NCBI GenBank assembly: GCA_904501925.1
Contig: CAJGCO010000001.1
Span: 58,485 to 122,484, forward strand
From: an uncultured Alphaproteobacteria bacterium
GTDB taxonomy: Bacteria > Pseudomonadota > Alphaproteobacteria > RF32 > CAG-239
Direction: 5' to 3'
Length of the DNA: 64,000 bases
Shown here: positions 45,347-55,700 of the stretch, piece after piece
Position numbering within the stretch: position 1 is the stretch's first letter
How the letters are laid out: each line of letters opens with the position of its first letter
Translations under genes and position numbers: made by a program
Notes under the pieces: model-generated
What the model saw: only the letters and a program-made list of their open reading frames with translations
What the model was told of the DNA's origin: nothing
Databases searched by the model: none

Positions 45347-45646
45347 CTATTTATCCTCCTTATTATAGTTTGAACTCTTTATGTATCTTGCAATATTTAA
45401 CAAACCGGCCAAGCCTCCTATAATGGTAAATATTATCAAAAAAACAGAATCAAAGTCAAATAATTCATCTAATATATACCCGATAGACATACCTACAAAT
45501 GTCCCAGAAACAAGCTCTATAGCGGCATTCAACCCTATTGAGCCTTGTGATAAATTGGTATGTTTTTTTATTTCTGTATTTTGTTTTTCTTTTAATACAG
45601 ATATTTTTTTTTCAATTTCCTCTATGTCTCTTGGGGTTTTGCGCAT
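45347..45646 (-). CDS. atpI: ATP synthase protein I (AtpI/AtpZ-like)
   Basis: 99 aa with two TM helices (ELVSGTFVGMSIGYILD, IIFTIIGGLAGLLNIARY). It sits directly upstream of atpB. Confidence 0.65.
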   Translation of the reverse strand: MRKTPRDIEEIEKKISVLKEKQNTEIKKHTNLSQGSIGLNAAIELVSGTFVGMSIGYILDELFDFDSVFLIIFTIIGGLAGLLNIARYIKSSNYNKEDK

Positions 45647-46371
45647 TATCTATTCTCTTTTATTCTCTTTTCTAGATACTCTTTAATATCTTCATATTTG
45701 CGTGCACCAACAATAAGTTCTTTGCCTGATTTCCCTTCGATTATAAATGATGGCGTACTTTTAATACCTATTTCATTAATCGCATTTTCACGCATTAACA
45801 AAATATCACTTGTTAGCTTCTTATCATTATTACATTTGATTATATCATTTTCGCTCATTCCAATTAAAGATGCTTCTTTATTTAACAATTTATTATCTGA
45901 GGCAAAGCGCCAATTTTTCTTTTGAAATAATTGATTTACAAAATCATGGTATTTATCACTAGGTGCGCAATATAAAAGCTTTGTAGCTTGCATTGATATT
46001 GGTGTTGATGGTAAAGATATAAAAACAAAACGAAGCTTATTTGTCTTTACAAAATCACGTTCAATTTTGGGATAAATAAAACGGTGAAAGTCCTCACAAT
46101 GAGAACAATCAAATGATGAATATGAGTACATTGTAAGAGGAGCTTGCTCGCTTCCAAACGCTCTATTTAATTGCGAACTAATTTTTATTTGAGCATCTAC
46201 TGGAATAGAGAAACTTGTTGAAGTTGATGCATTTGCTACATTGGAAAGTTCAAACCTTTCTCCATTGTATACAAAGCCTTTTGCAAACATATAGCTATAT
46301 GCACTCAAAATATAAACACCTATAAGAGCCAATAATCGAATAATTCTTTTTATTTTTCTCATCTTCAACAT
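45646..46371 (-). CDS. DsbA-family periplasmic thiol:disulfide oxidoreductase
   Basis: Signal/anchor, a CSHC active site (FDCSHCEDFH), and a thioredoxin fold with a cis-Pro region (STPSFII). Confidence 0.7.
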   Translation of the reverse strand: MLKMRKIKRIIRLLALIGVYILSAYSYMFAKGFVYNGERFELSNVANASTSTSFSIPVDAQIKISSQLNRAFGSEQAPLTMYSYSSFDCSHCEDFHRFIYPKIERDFVKTNKLRFVFISLPSTPISMQATKLLYCAPSDKYHDFVNQLFQKKNWRFASDNKLLNKEASLIGMSENDIIKCNNDKKLTSDILLMRENAINEIGIKSTPSFIIEGKSGKELIVGARKYEDIKEYLEKRIKENR

Positions 46372-46892
46372 TCCTTTTTATTTGATTTAATAATACTTTC
46401 ACCTAATTTCGTTAATATTTCCTTTAATTTCTCATTTTTTATTGAATCTGTTATTTCTGATAAATATTTTTGCTCATTTTCATCTAATTCAACAACAGTT
46501 TCTTGGCGATTATTTTTTACTATTTGCTTTATATTAAAGTTAGCATTTTGATTAAACTTTAGACTATGTATTGCATTGTAGCCGAAATAGTTATTTATTT
46601 TATCTATTAAATATTTCTCTTTATGAGCTAATTCTAATGCAAAACCACCAATTGGCACATCGATATAAATAGTTCTTTTATTTTGTTTTATATCATACTT
46701 TACTTTGGTTGGATTTGTATATGTGGCAATGGTATCTCCTACAATATCATACCAGTTAAAAATAACATCAGATTGCACTAAATCTTCTGCGCTTATCATA
46801 TCTTTTACCATAGGCATAAATATACTACCTATACTCTCTAACTCTTTATCGTGACGATCTTGAGATATATTTATATGGGCTTTTTTACTCAT
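46365..46892 (-). CDS. DUF721 (DciA-like) domain protein
   Basis: The pattern WYDIVGDTIATYTNPTKV...RTIYIDVPIGGFALELAHKEKYLIDKINNYFGYNAIHSLKF matches my recollection of DUF721. Confidence 0.5.
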   Translation of the reverse strand: MSKKAHINISQDRHDKELESIGSIFMPMVKDMISAEDLVQSDVIFNWYDIVGDTIATYTNPTKVKYDIKQNKRTIYIDVPIGGFALELAHKEKYLIDKINNYFGYNAIHSLKFNQNANFNIKQIVKNNRQETVVELDENEQKYLSEITDSIKNEKLKEILTKLGESIIKSNKKEC

Positions 46893-46900
46893 TTACGACC

Positions 46901-47794
46901 TCATCTATTAGCCAATGGATGCTTAGTTTTCACCTCTTGGGCTAGTTTTGTTGTTGTTATATGTGTATAAATTTCAGTTGTAACAATATTCTCATGACCT
47001 AACATTTTTTGAATCGAACGCAAATCTGCATTATTATTTACTAAATGTGTTGCAAATGTATGTCTTAAGGTATGTGGATGAATTTTTGCAGGCGAAATAC
47101 CTGCCTTTATTGCTATTTTTTTTAGACTTTTAAAGAAGCCATCTCGTGTTATATGTCCTGACAATGATTTTAATGAGGGAAACAACCACGAACTTCCTTT
47201 TGCTCCAACAAATTCATCTCTATATTGCAAATAATCCTTTAACTCTTTTAAAACATCATTACTAATAGGAACGACTCTCTCTTTGGCCCCCTTTCCTAAT
47301 ATTAAAATTTGGTGCATTGTATAATTTATGGCATTTTCAGGGAGGCAAACAAGTTCAGAAACTCTTAGACCTGATGTATACATAAGTTTTATCATCAAAG
47401 CCATTCTCCTCATTGAGTAACTATTTTCTAGAATAGCTACTTTACAAATATCTTCTATTTCTTGAGGAGTTAAAAAAGATGGAAGGGATTTACCTATTTT
47501 GGGATTTTTTATTTTGCTTGATGGATTGTGTTTTATGTATTTCTCACCTATTAAAAACTTAAAAAACTCTCGTATACATGAAATTTTTCTTGATATTGTT
47601 TTAGGTTTACAACCTTCTTTATACAAAAACTTTAAATATTCTTCGATTTGTGTTTCTGTAATTTTTAGAACTTCTTCACATTTGATGTATTCTGAAAATT
47701 GCTCAATATCACAACGATATGCCTGCAAGGTATTTACAGATACCCCGCCTTCAACTGACTTAACATCTAAAAACTCATCTATATACTTTTTCAT
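46901..47794 (-). CDS. xerD: Tyrosine recombinase XerD (XerC/D family)
   Basis: Catalytic region GLRVSE...HTLRHTFATHL...LGHENIVTTEIYTHI. It is divergent from aroK, as in many alphaproteobacteria. Confidence 0.8.
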   Translation of the reverse strand: MKKYIDEFLDVKSVEGGVSVNTLQAYRCDIEQFSEYIKCEEVLKITETQIEEYLKFLYKEGCKPKTISRKISCIREFFKFLIGEKYIKHNPSSKIKNPKIGKSLPSFLTPQEIEDICKVAILENSYSMRRMALMIKLMYTSGLRVSELVCLPENAINYTMHQILILGKGAKERVVPISNDVLKELKDYLQYRDEFVGAKGSSWLFPSLKSLSGHITRDGFFKSLKKIAIKAGISPAKIHPHTLRHTFATHLVNNNADLRSIQKMLGHENIVTTEIYTHITTTKLAQEVKTKHPLANR

Positions 47795-47931
47795 TTATTA
47801 AGTTTTAATTCTACATTAATTTCTTTTCTTGTTTGCTCTGGAACAATTTCTTTACACAAAGCATAGATAACACTTAGAGATACAGCCAATATAAGCACAT
47901 AATATAAAACCTTGTGATTATTTTTCTTCAT
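47791..47931 (-). CDS. Small (46 aa) predicted membrane protein, not in the ORF track
   Basis: Hand translation gives MKKNNHKVLYYVLILAVSLSVIYALCKEIVPEQTRKEINVELKLNK*. A GGAG lies 6 nt upstream of the ATG. Its TGA stop overlaps the xerD ATG (ATGA at 47791-47794). Confidence 0.35.
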   Translation of the reverse strand: MKKNNHKVLYYVLILAVSLSVIYALCKEIVPEQTRKEINVELKLNK

Positions 47932-48038
47932 ACTCTTCTCCTACATATAATAAATCAACTTTTTTAACATTTAAGTATTGATTATTATTATTATCATTAT
48001 ATCCTTTATTGTAAAGAAAATAATAAACTGAAGGTGCA

Positions 48039-48578
48039 ATGATAAACTGTAATAAAATAATTTTATTGGTAGGATTAATTGGTAGTGGCAAAACAAGTGT
48101 TGGTAAACGTTTAGCCAAAAGGTTTAATATGCCATTTATTGATAGCGATCAAGAAATAGAAAAAGCATCTGGTTTGTCTGTGATTGATGTTTTTAAGTGT
48201 TTTGGTGTTGATGAATATAGGGCTGGAGAGGCTCGTATTATGAAAAGATTGTTATCTGGAACCCCATGCGTATTGGCTTCTGGTGGTGGGGCATTTGTCG
48301 CAAAACAAACTAGAGAATTAGCAAAAAAAAATGCAATTACTGTTTGGTTAAAAGCTGATATTGATATTTTATATGATCGAACAAATGGCCGTAACAGAAG
48401 ACCCTTTTTACAATGTTGTGATTCAAAAATTAAACATAAATTACAATCATACATTGATGAGGAATACCCATATTATAATGAAGCAGATATTATTGTTGAA
48501 ACAAAAAATGAAGTTGTAGAAAATACTGTAGATAGAGTTGTACATTCTATTGAGGAATTTTTAGCCTCTAGGAGTTAA
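48039..48578 (+). CDS. aroK: Shikimate kinase
   Basis: Walker A GLIGSGKTSVGKRLA, then DSD and GGG motifs. 179 aa. Confidence 0.85.
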   Translation: MINCNKIILLVGLIGSGKTSVGKRLAKRFNMPFIDSDQEIEKASGLSVIDVFKCFGVDEYRAGEARIMKRLLSGTPCVLASGGGAFVAKQTRELAKKNAITVWLKADIDILYDRTNGRNRRPFLQCCDSKIKHKLQSYIDEEYPYYNEADIIVETKNEVVENTVDRVVHSIEEFLASRS

Positions 48579-48580
48579 AT

Positions 48581-49300
48581 ATGAGAAGTGAAAATAGAAA
48601 TTTTAATGAATTGAGAAGTATTGAAATAATACCTGATGTTAATATTTATGCAGAAGGATCTTGCTTAATTAAGTGTGGTAACACTCATGTATTGTGTACA
48701 GCCTCTGTTGATGACAAAATTCCTTCTTGGTTAAAAGACCAGAATCGTGGATGGATTACGGCTGAATATAGTTTACTTCCACGAGCTACTTCAACTAGAG
48801 TTAACAGGGAAACACATGGTGTTGGCGGTAGAACCCATGAAATTCAACGTTTAATCGGCAGAGCACTTCGTTCTGTGGTTGACTTAAATATACTAAACGG
48901 ATATAGCATACACATTGATTGTGATGTTATTCAAGCTGATGGAGGCACTCGAACTGCATCTATTACAGGTAGTTTTGTTGCTCTTTCTATTGCTATAAAT
49001 AAAATGTTAAAAAATAACAAATTAATACAGAATCCTATTAAGGAAGCTATTAGTGCTGTTTCTGTTGGTATATGTAACAACGAAGCTTTATTAGATTTAG
49101 ACTATAACGAAGATTCAAGCGCTCAAGTTGATGCAAATTTTGTTTTAACTGAAAGTGGTAAAATTGTTGAAATACAAGGAACAGCTGAAGGTAATCCTTT
49201 TTCAAGAGAAGAATATTTAGCTCTTATGGATCTTGCATATATTGGAACAAATCAATTAATTAATTATCAGAAAGAGGCGATAAAAAATGCTAAAATCTAA
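48581..49300 (+). CDS. rph: Ribonuclease PH
   Basis: RNase PH signatures: TAEYSLLPRAT, GRTHEIQRLIGRALR and DCDVIQADGGTRTASITG. Confidence 0.92.
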   Translation: MRSENRNFNELRSIEIIPDVNIYAEGSCLIKCGNTHVLCTASVDDKIPSWLKDQNRGWITAEYSLLPRATSTRVNRETHGVGGRTHEIQRLIGRALRSVVDLNILNGYSIHIDCDVIQADGGTRTASITGSFVALSIAINKMLKNNKLIQNPIKEAISAVSVGICNNEALLDLDYNEDSSAQVDANFVLTESGKIVEIQGTAEGNPFSREEYLALMDLAYIGTNQLINYQKEAIKNAKI

Positions 49301-49889
49301 GGAATTTATTTTTGCTACTCACAATAAGGGTAAAATTGAAGAAATCAGAAAAATTTTAAAACCTTTAGGAATTAAAGTTTTATCTGGAAATGATGTTAAT
49401 TTACCTGATGTTGAAGAAACTGGTAAAACTTTTGAAGAAAATGCTTATATTAAAGCATTGGCTGCGGCTAAAGAAAAAAACATTCCATGTATTGCTGATG
49501 ATTCTGGTTTGTGTGTTGATGCAATTGGAGGTAGACCTGGTGTTTATTCTGCTAGATATGCTCCTGATAGAGATTTTGATAAAGGCATGGATAAACTACT
49601 AGATGAAATTGCTCAATCAAATTCGAATAATCGTTCGGCTCACTTTGCTTGTGTAATTGTTTTAGCTTTTCCAAATGGCACTTATAGAGCGTTTGAAGGA
49701 CGTGTTGATGGAAGTATTGCTACTAAGAAAACCGGAAGCGCTGGGTTTGGATATGATCCAATATTTATTCCTACAGGGTATAATAGATCTTTTGCTGAAT
49801 TTACTAGTGATGAAAAAAACAAAATTTCCCACAGAGGAAGAGCTTTGCAAAAGTTTGTAAAATATCTTTCTGAAAATGAAGATTTATAA
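49287..49889 (+). CDS. rdgB: dITP/XTP pyrophosphatase (RdgB/HAM1 family)
   Basis: FATHNKGK, ETGKTFEENA, ADDSGL, GFGYDPIF and ISHRG motifs. The rph-rdgB pairing is common. Confidence 0.9.
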   Translation: MLKSKEFIFATHNKGKIEEIRKILKPLGIKVLSGNDVNLPDVEETGKTFEENAYIKALAAAKEKNIPCIADDSGLCVDAIGGRPGVYSARYAPDRDFDKGMDKLLDEIAQSNSNNRSAHFACVIVLAFPNGTYRAFEGRVDGSIATKKTGSAGFGYDPIFIPTGYNRSFAEFTSDEKNKISHRGRALQKFVKYLSENEDL

Positions 49890-49903
49890 TTAGAGGTCGT
49901 CTA

Positions 49904-52792
49904 ATGGGGAAAGTATTTAATATCCGAAGTAGTTGTTCTTTTTGGGATAGTATTGCTTTAGAATATTCAAAAAAATATAGTAACGATGAATTGGCTCTTG
50001 CTGATGTATTATTTTTAACCCCGAATAGACGTGCTTGTAGAGCTTTATTAGATGCTTTTTTACGAATAAAAGGTAGAAAACCAACCATTTTACCTATGGT
50101 TGTTCCTATTATGGAAATTGATGATGATGAGTTATTTTTTAATGAATTTACATTAAAAAATAATCAGGAAACATCTAAAAGACCAATAGAAAATGAGGAA
50201 AGAATTTTTCTTTTTACAAGAATGATAATGTCTAAACCTAAGGATTTTGGGTTAGAACAAATATCTCTTGCTCAAGCGCTTAATTTAGCAACTGATTTAG
50301 CGAAAATGATGGATATTGCATATAATAAAGGACTATCTTTTGATAAATTAAAAGATTTGGTTCCTGAAAAATATGCGTCTCACTGGCAAGAAACACTAAA
50401 ATTACTTAATATTATAACCAACTTTTGGCCTCAAATATTACAAGAAAGAGATGCTATAGATATTTGTGATATGAAAAAAACACTTTTAATTCGCCAGGCT
50501 GAAATTTGGGAAAAAGAAGATTCTAAAAAAAATATTGTAATTGCAGGTGTTACAGCTAGCTTTCCAGCAATAGTTAAAGTGTTAAGTGTAGTAAAAAATT
50601 TAGAAAATGGTGAAATATATTTTGCAGGTATTGATAAGTTTGCAGATTTTGAATACTGGAACACCATTGACGAATCGCACCCACAATTTGAGTTAAAAGA
50701 ACTGCTAGATTTATTGGGATTAGATTATAGAAATATTTTAGATTTAGAGGCTCCCAAAAATAAGGAGAGAGAGCATTTAATATCTGAAGTTATGCGCCCA
50801 GCAAAAGTTACTGATAAGTGGCTAAAAATTAAAAATAGTATTGATGTAAAAAAAGCAACCGAAGGATTAATTTTAATAAACTCTAAATCACAAAGAGATG
50901 AAGCTTTGGCTATTGCATTAAAAATGCGTGAAGTTTTATTTTATGAAGAAAAAACTGTAGCCCTTATTACATATGATAGGAATCTAGCTAGAAGAGTATC
51001 AGTTGAATTAGAACGCTTTGATATAAAAGTTGATGATTCTGCAGGTCTACCTTTTAACTTAAGCTCTCTTGGAATATTTTTATTATTAACACTTGAAGTT
51101 GCCTCTAATATAAATTCAGATACTGCACTAATTGATTTAATGAAGAATCCTTTTACGTTTGCAAAAATGGATAAAGCAACTTTTAGAAAAAATGTTTATG
51201 ATTTCGAGTTAGGTTTAAGAAAAAATAAACACATCGATGAAGAAAAAATATGTTTTATTGATAACATTAAAGACATTATGAAAAATCTTATTGATGCAAT
51301 AAATTTGGATGAAATTGAATTTACTGAATTATTAAAAATACATATACAAACCGTTGAAGCGTTAGCTTCTTCTTGTGAGTGTGATGGCAAAAATAATTTA
51401 TGGCGTGGCGAAGCTGGAAAAGTTGCTGTTAAATTTATATCAAAACTCTTAAACCATGGTGAAATTTTAGGAAAAATATCAGGAAAAGATTATTTAGCAC
51501 TATTTAGAGAATTAATGAAATCTAATACTATACGAACAGCCTATGGTACACATCCTAGAATTAGTATTTTAGGTGCAATAGAAGCTAGATTACATCATTT
51601 TGATTATGTTATTTTAGGCGAAATGAGTGAAGGAGTTTGGCCAAAACAGGCTAATGCAGATATGTGGATGTCAAGACCGATGAAAAAAGATTTTGGCTTT
51701 AGCTTACCAGAAAAAGATATTGGGATTTTGGCTGCTGATTTATCTATATTTATGATGGCTGATAATGTTATTATGACTAGAGCTGATAGAGTTGACGGCG
51801 TTCCGATGAAAAAATCTAGATGGTTGTTGAGATTAGAAACGGTATTAAAGGCATTAGGTAGTAGCATTGATGAGATTGTTTGCAATGATTTATCTGAAAT
51901 CTCTATCCATGCTGATATGCCTGATAAATATATACAAATTTCATCACCTCAACCTAAACCACCATTTTATGCTAGACCTAGAAAATTATCAGCAAGTGCG
52001 ATTGATTTGCTTATACATGATCCTTATAGTGTTTTTGCTAGATATATATTAAAATTATATCATCTTGACGACTTAGATATTCCTCTTGATCAACGAGATT
52101 ATGGAACACTAATTCATGGAATTATTGAAGAATTTAATAATACATATCCAAGTGATTTGCCTGAAAATGCTTTAGATATTTTAATTGATATTGGAAAAAA
52201 ACACTTTGAAAAAGAGCAGATTGACAAAGAACTTGAAGCTTTTTGGTTTCCAAAATTTGTTAGTACAGCTGAATGGGTTATAAAACAAGAAAGAGAATAT
52301 CGAAAAGATGTTAAATGCGTAAGAAATGAAATATCTGGAGAGGCTATTTATTCTTTGAGCAGTGGTGATTTTTGTTTTACAGCAAAAGCTGATAGAATCG
52401 ATGAATTAAAAGATGGATCATTAAATATATTAGATTATAAAACAGGAAAAATACCTTCAAAAAAACAAGTTGATACGGGACATGCTTTACAATTATTATT
52501 GGAAGCATTAATTGCTAGAAAAGGTGGATTTTCAAATTTAAGTACAAAAGATTTAAATGATTTAATTTATTGGCAACTTGGTAGCGATAAACTTGTTATA
52601 CCTAGTAAAAATAATGATTTATTAGATAAGGCTGAAGAATTTTTATTAAAATTGATTTCAACATTTGATTTTGAAACAACCCCCTACTGCTCTCGTCCAA
52701 TTCCTAAATATATTCCTAAAAATAGAGATTATGAACATTTAGCTAGAATTAAAGAATGGTCAGTTGTCGATGATGGAGAAGGTAATGAGTAA
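49904..52792 (+). CDS. addB: Double-strand break repair protein AddB (alphaproteobacterial type)
   Basis: 962 aa. The C-terminal PD-(D/E)xK nuclease motif is ADRIDELKDGSLNILDYKTGK. It sits directly upstream of addA and overlaps it. Confidence 0.8.
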   Translation: MGKVFNIRSSCSFWDSIALEYSKKYSNDELALADVLFLTPNRRACRALLDAFLRIKGRKPTILPMVVPIMEIDDDELFFNEFTLKNNQETSKRPIENEERIFLFTRMIMSKPKDFGLEQISLAQALNLATDLAKMMDIAYNKGLSFDKLKDLVPEKYASHWQETLKLLNIITNFWPQILQERDAIDICDMKKTLLIRQAEIWEKEDSKKNIVIAGVTASFPAIVKVLSVVKNLENGEIYFAGIDKFADFEYWNTIDESHPQFELKELLDLLGLDYRNILDLEAPKNKEREHLISEVMRPAKVTDKWLKIKNSIDVKKATEGLILINSKSQRDEALAIALKMREVLFYEEKTVALITYDRNLARRVSVELERFDIKVDDSAGLPFNLSSLGIFLLLTLEVASNINSDTALIDLMKNPFTFAKMDKATFRKNVYDFELGLRKNKHIDEEKICFIDNIKDIMKNLIDAINLDEIEFTELLKIHIQTVEALASSCECDGKNNLWRGEAGKVAVKFISKLLNHGEILGKISGKDYLALFRELMKSNTIRTAYGTHPRISILGAIEARLHHFDYVILGEMSEGVWPKQANADMWMSRPMKKDFGFSLPEKDIGILAADLSIFMMADNVIMTRADRVDGVPMKKSRWLLRLETVLKALGSSIDEIVCNDLSEISIHADMPDKYIQISSPQPKPPFYARPRKLSASAIDLLIHDPYSVFARYILKLYHLDDLDIPLDQRDYGTLIHGIIEEFNNTYPSDLPENALDILIDIGKKHFEKEQIDKELEAFWFPKFVSTAEWVIKQEREYRKDVKCVRNEISGEAIYSLSSGDFCFTAKADRIDELKDGSLNILDYKTGKIPSKKQVDTGHALQLLLEALIARKGGFSNLSTKDLNDLIYWQLGSDKLVIPSKNNDLLDKAEEFLLKLISTFDFETTPYCSRPIPKYIPKNRDYEHLARIKEWSVVDDGEGNE

Positions 52793-55700
52793 TCCACATT
52801 TAACAAAAAGAGAAGAACTTATAGCTATAGCAACTAAGCAACAGATGTCAGCTTCTAATCCGAAACAATCTGTTTGGGTTGAAGCTTCTGCTGGTACTGG
52901 TAAAACAAAGGTTCTATCTGATAGAGTTTTGAGATTACTATTATCAAAAGTTAGTCCTCAAAAGATATTGTGTTTAACATATACAAAGGCAGCAGCTGTT
53001 GAAATGAATGAGCGTATTGCCAAGCGCTTAAGTTTATGGGCTGTTATTGATGAAAAAGAATTAGAAGAAGAATTAAAAAATCTGCTAGGCTGTGATTTTA
53101 TTGAAGCTAAAAAAGATGAAATTTTAAACTTTGCTAGAACTCTTTTTGCTCAACTATTAGATGCTCCTGGTGGGATGAAGATTCAAACAATTCATAGTTT
53201 TTGCCAAGACATATTAAAAAGATTTCCTTTAGAAGCTGGTATTTCACCTTATTTTGATGTTTTAGACGATAGAAATGCAAAAGAGATTTTACAGGAAATA
53301 AAATTAGATTTATTAAAAAGTACTTTTTTTTGTGATGATAGCCAACTAAAAGATGCTGTGAAACATTTAACGCAAACTGTTAGCGAGTTTAAGTTTCCAG
53401 AAATCATGAATATGATTACACAAAATAGAACAAAAATTGGAAATTTAATAGAAAAATATAATGGTGATTTATCTAAAATTTTTGAAAAACTTGAAGAACA
53501 TTTGAATGTTAAAAGAACTGAAACAGAAGATGATATAAAAATAGAAGCACTCTCAAATATAAATAAAATAGAACTAAAAAATGTTATATCTGCTCTTCTT
53601 AAAGGTGGAAAAACTGATATCAAAAACTCTCAATGTTTGTGTTTAATTGGTGAAGGTGAAATAAGTTCTGAAATTTATAGTGAATATCGTTCAATATTTT
53701 TAACTGCAGACAAACAAATTAGATCAAGACTTGCAAGTAAAGATGCCATTAAAGAATATCCTGAAATATTAGATTTTATGACAAATGAAGCTCAAAAAAT
53801 TCTTTATACAGAAAATAGGCTTGCATCTCTTAGTATATTAAAATCAACCTCTTCTGTTTTGTATATAGCAAAAAATATTATTGATAAATATAATCAATAC
53901 AAGAAAATATATTCTACACTTGATTATGAAGATTTGATTATTATTACTAAGAATCTTTTAGAAAATAAAGATGTTACTGATTGGGTTTTATTTAAACTTG
54001 ATGGAGGAATTGAGCATATTCTAATTGATGAAGCACAAGATACCTCTCCAAATCAATGGGCTATTATTAGAGCTATTACACAAGAGTTTTTTGCAGGGCT
54101 TGGACAATATGACAACGAAATAAATAGAAGTGTTTTTGTTGTGGGTGATAGAAAACAATCTATTTATAGTTTCCAAGGAGCCGACCCTAATGAATTTGAT
54201 AAAATGTATAATTACTTCAAACAAAAATCTGAGCAATTTTTAAAAGTGCATTTAGATGTTTCGTTTAGATCTACCAAAGCTATTATGGATTGCGTTAATG
54301 TATTGTTTGAAAATGAAGAAGCTAAAAAAGGTGTTGTGGCAAAAGGTGAACATATTAATCACTTACCTTTTAGGCTTGGAGATGGTGGTAAAGTTGAAAT
54401 TTTTCCCTTAGTTAAAATAAACAAGGATGATAAAAGTGAAGAATATAATTGGAGAATCCCTGTTGGAAGAATAAAAAAACAATCTGTTTCTGATATGCTT
54501 GCAAAACAAATTGCATTAAACATTAAAAACATGGTTGAAAATAAAGACATTTTAGAATCTCAAAACAGACCTGTAAGATATGGTGATTTTATGTTTTTAG
54601 TTCAACAACGAAAAAGTTTTGTTGAAGAATTTGTTAGAGCTTGTAAAGAAATTGGGGTTAATGTTGCAGGAGTTGATAAATTAAAACTCTTAGAACAGAT
54701 AGCTGTTTTAGACTTAATTTCTTTGGGTAAATTTTTATTATTGCCTAGTGATGATTTATCGTTGGCTGAAGTTTTAAAATCTCCTATATTTGGACTTAAT
54801 GATGATGATTTATTTGAACTTTGCTATAATAGAAAAGGCACTCTTTTTGAAAGAATCCTAAAAAATGAGAAATATGGTTCAGTTGCAGTTAAATTAAAAG
54901 AGTGGTTAAATCTTGTTGGGTATATTAGACCTTTTGAATTATATAGCCAAGTTTTAATCAATGGAAAAGCAAGACAAAATTATATATCTAGAATGGGATG
55001 TGAAGTTGAAGATGTTTTAGATGAATTTCTAAATCTTACTATAATATTTGAACAAAAACATAATCCAACTTTAGAATCTTTTATAAACTGGATTGTAAAA
55101 GATGAAGTAGTTATTCAAAAAGAAATGGAACAAGGGGATAGTGATACAGTTAAAATAATGACTGTACATGGTTCAAAAGGTTTACAGGCTCCAATTGTTA
55201 TTTTAGCTGATACTACAAAAATAAAAAATAAATCAAATAAAAGCGAACTATTATGGCAAGATGATATTGTATTCTTTCCGCAATCAGCTAGTTGCTATGA
55301 TAATAATTGTAAAGCAATAAAGAATAAAAATTTGGAAGCAGATTTTGATGAATATAGGCGCTTACTATATGTAGCATTAACTAGAGCTGAAGATAGATTA
55401 TATATTGCTGGCTTTACAAAAGATGACGACGCAAAAGAAGAATCTTGGTATAAACTTTTACAAAACAACATTAAATCAAATATATCTCAAAGCGATGATG
55501 ATAAAAAAATTGTTTATCAGATACCGCAAGAAAATGAATTTAAGAAAACTGCAAAAATAGAAACAATAAAAAAAGAAAAATGCGATTATAGTTATTTATT
55601 TGAGAAAGCGCCAATTGAGAATCCTTTGGCAAAACCATATACACCTTCTAAAGGAAATGAGGATGAAGTTGAAATTGTTTCTTCTCCTTTAGATGAAAAT

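Noticed and set aside
46901-47794. A tyrosine recombinase as a possible marker of an integrated mobile element next to the T4SS/T4P region.
   Set aside because: It has XerC/D-type motifs and sits in the conserved divergent xerD/aroK housekeeping context, 3.5 kb and a whole ATP synthase operon away from the cluster. No att-like repeats or a tRNA were seen.
47918-48118. A 66-aa minus-strand ORF overlapping the aroK start.
   Set aside because: It overlaps the well-supported aroK N-terminus on the opposite strand. The protein is not plausible, and a better-supported small ORF exists in another frame (47791-47931).
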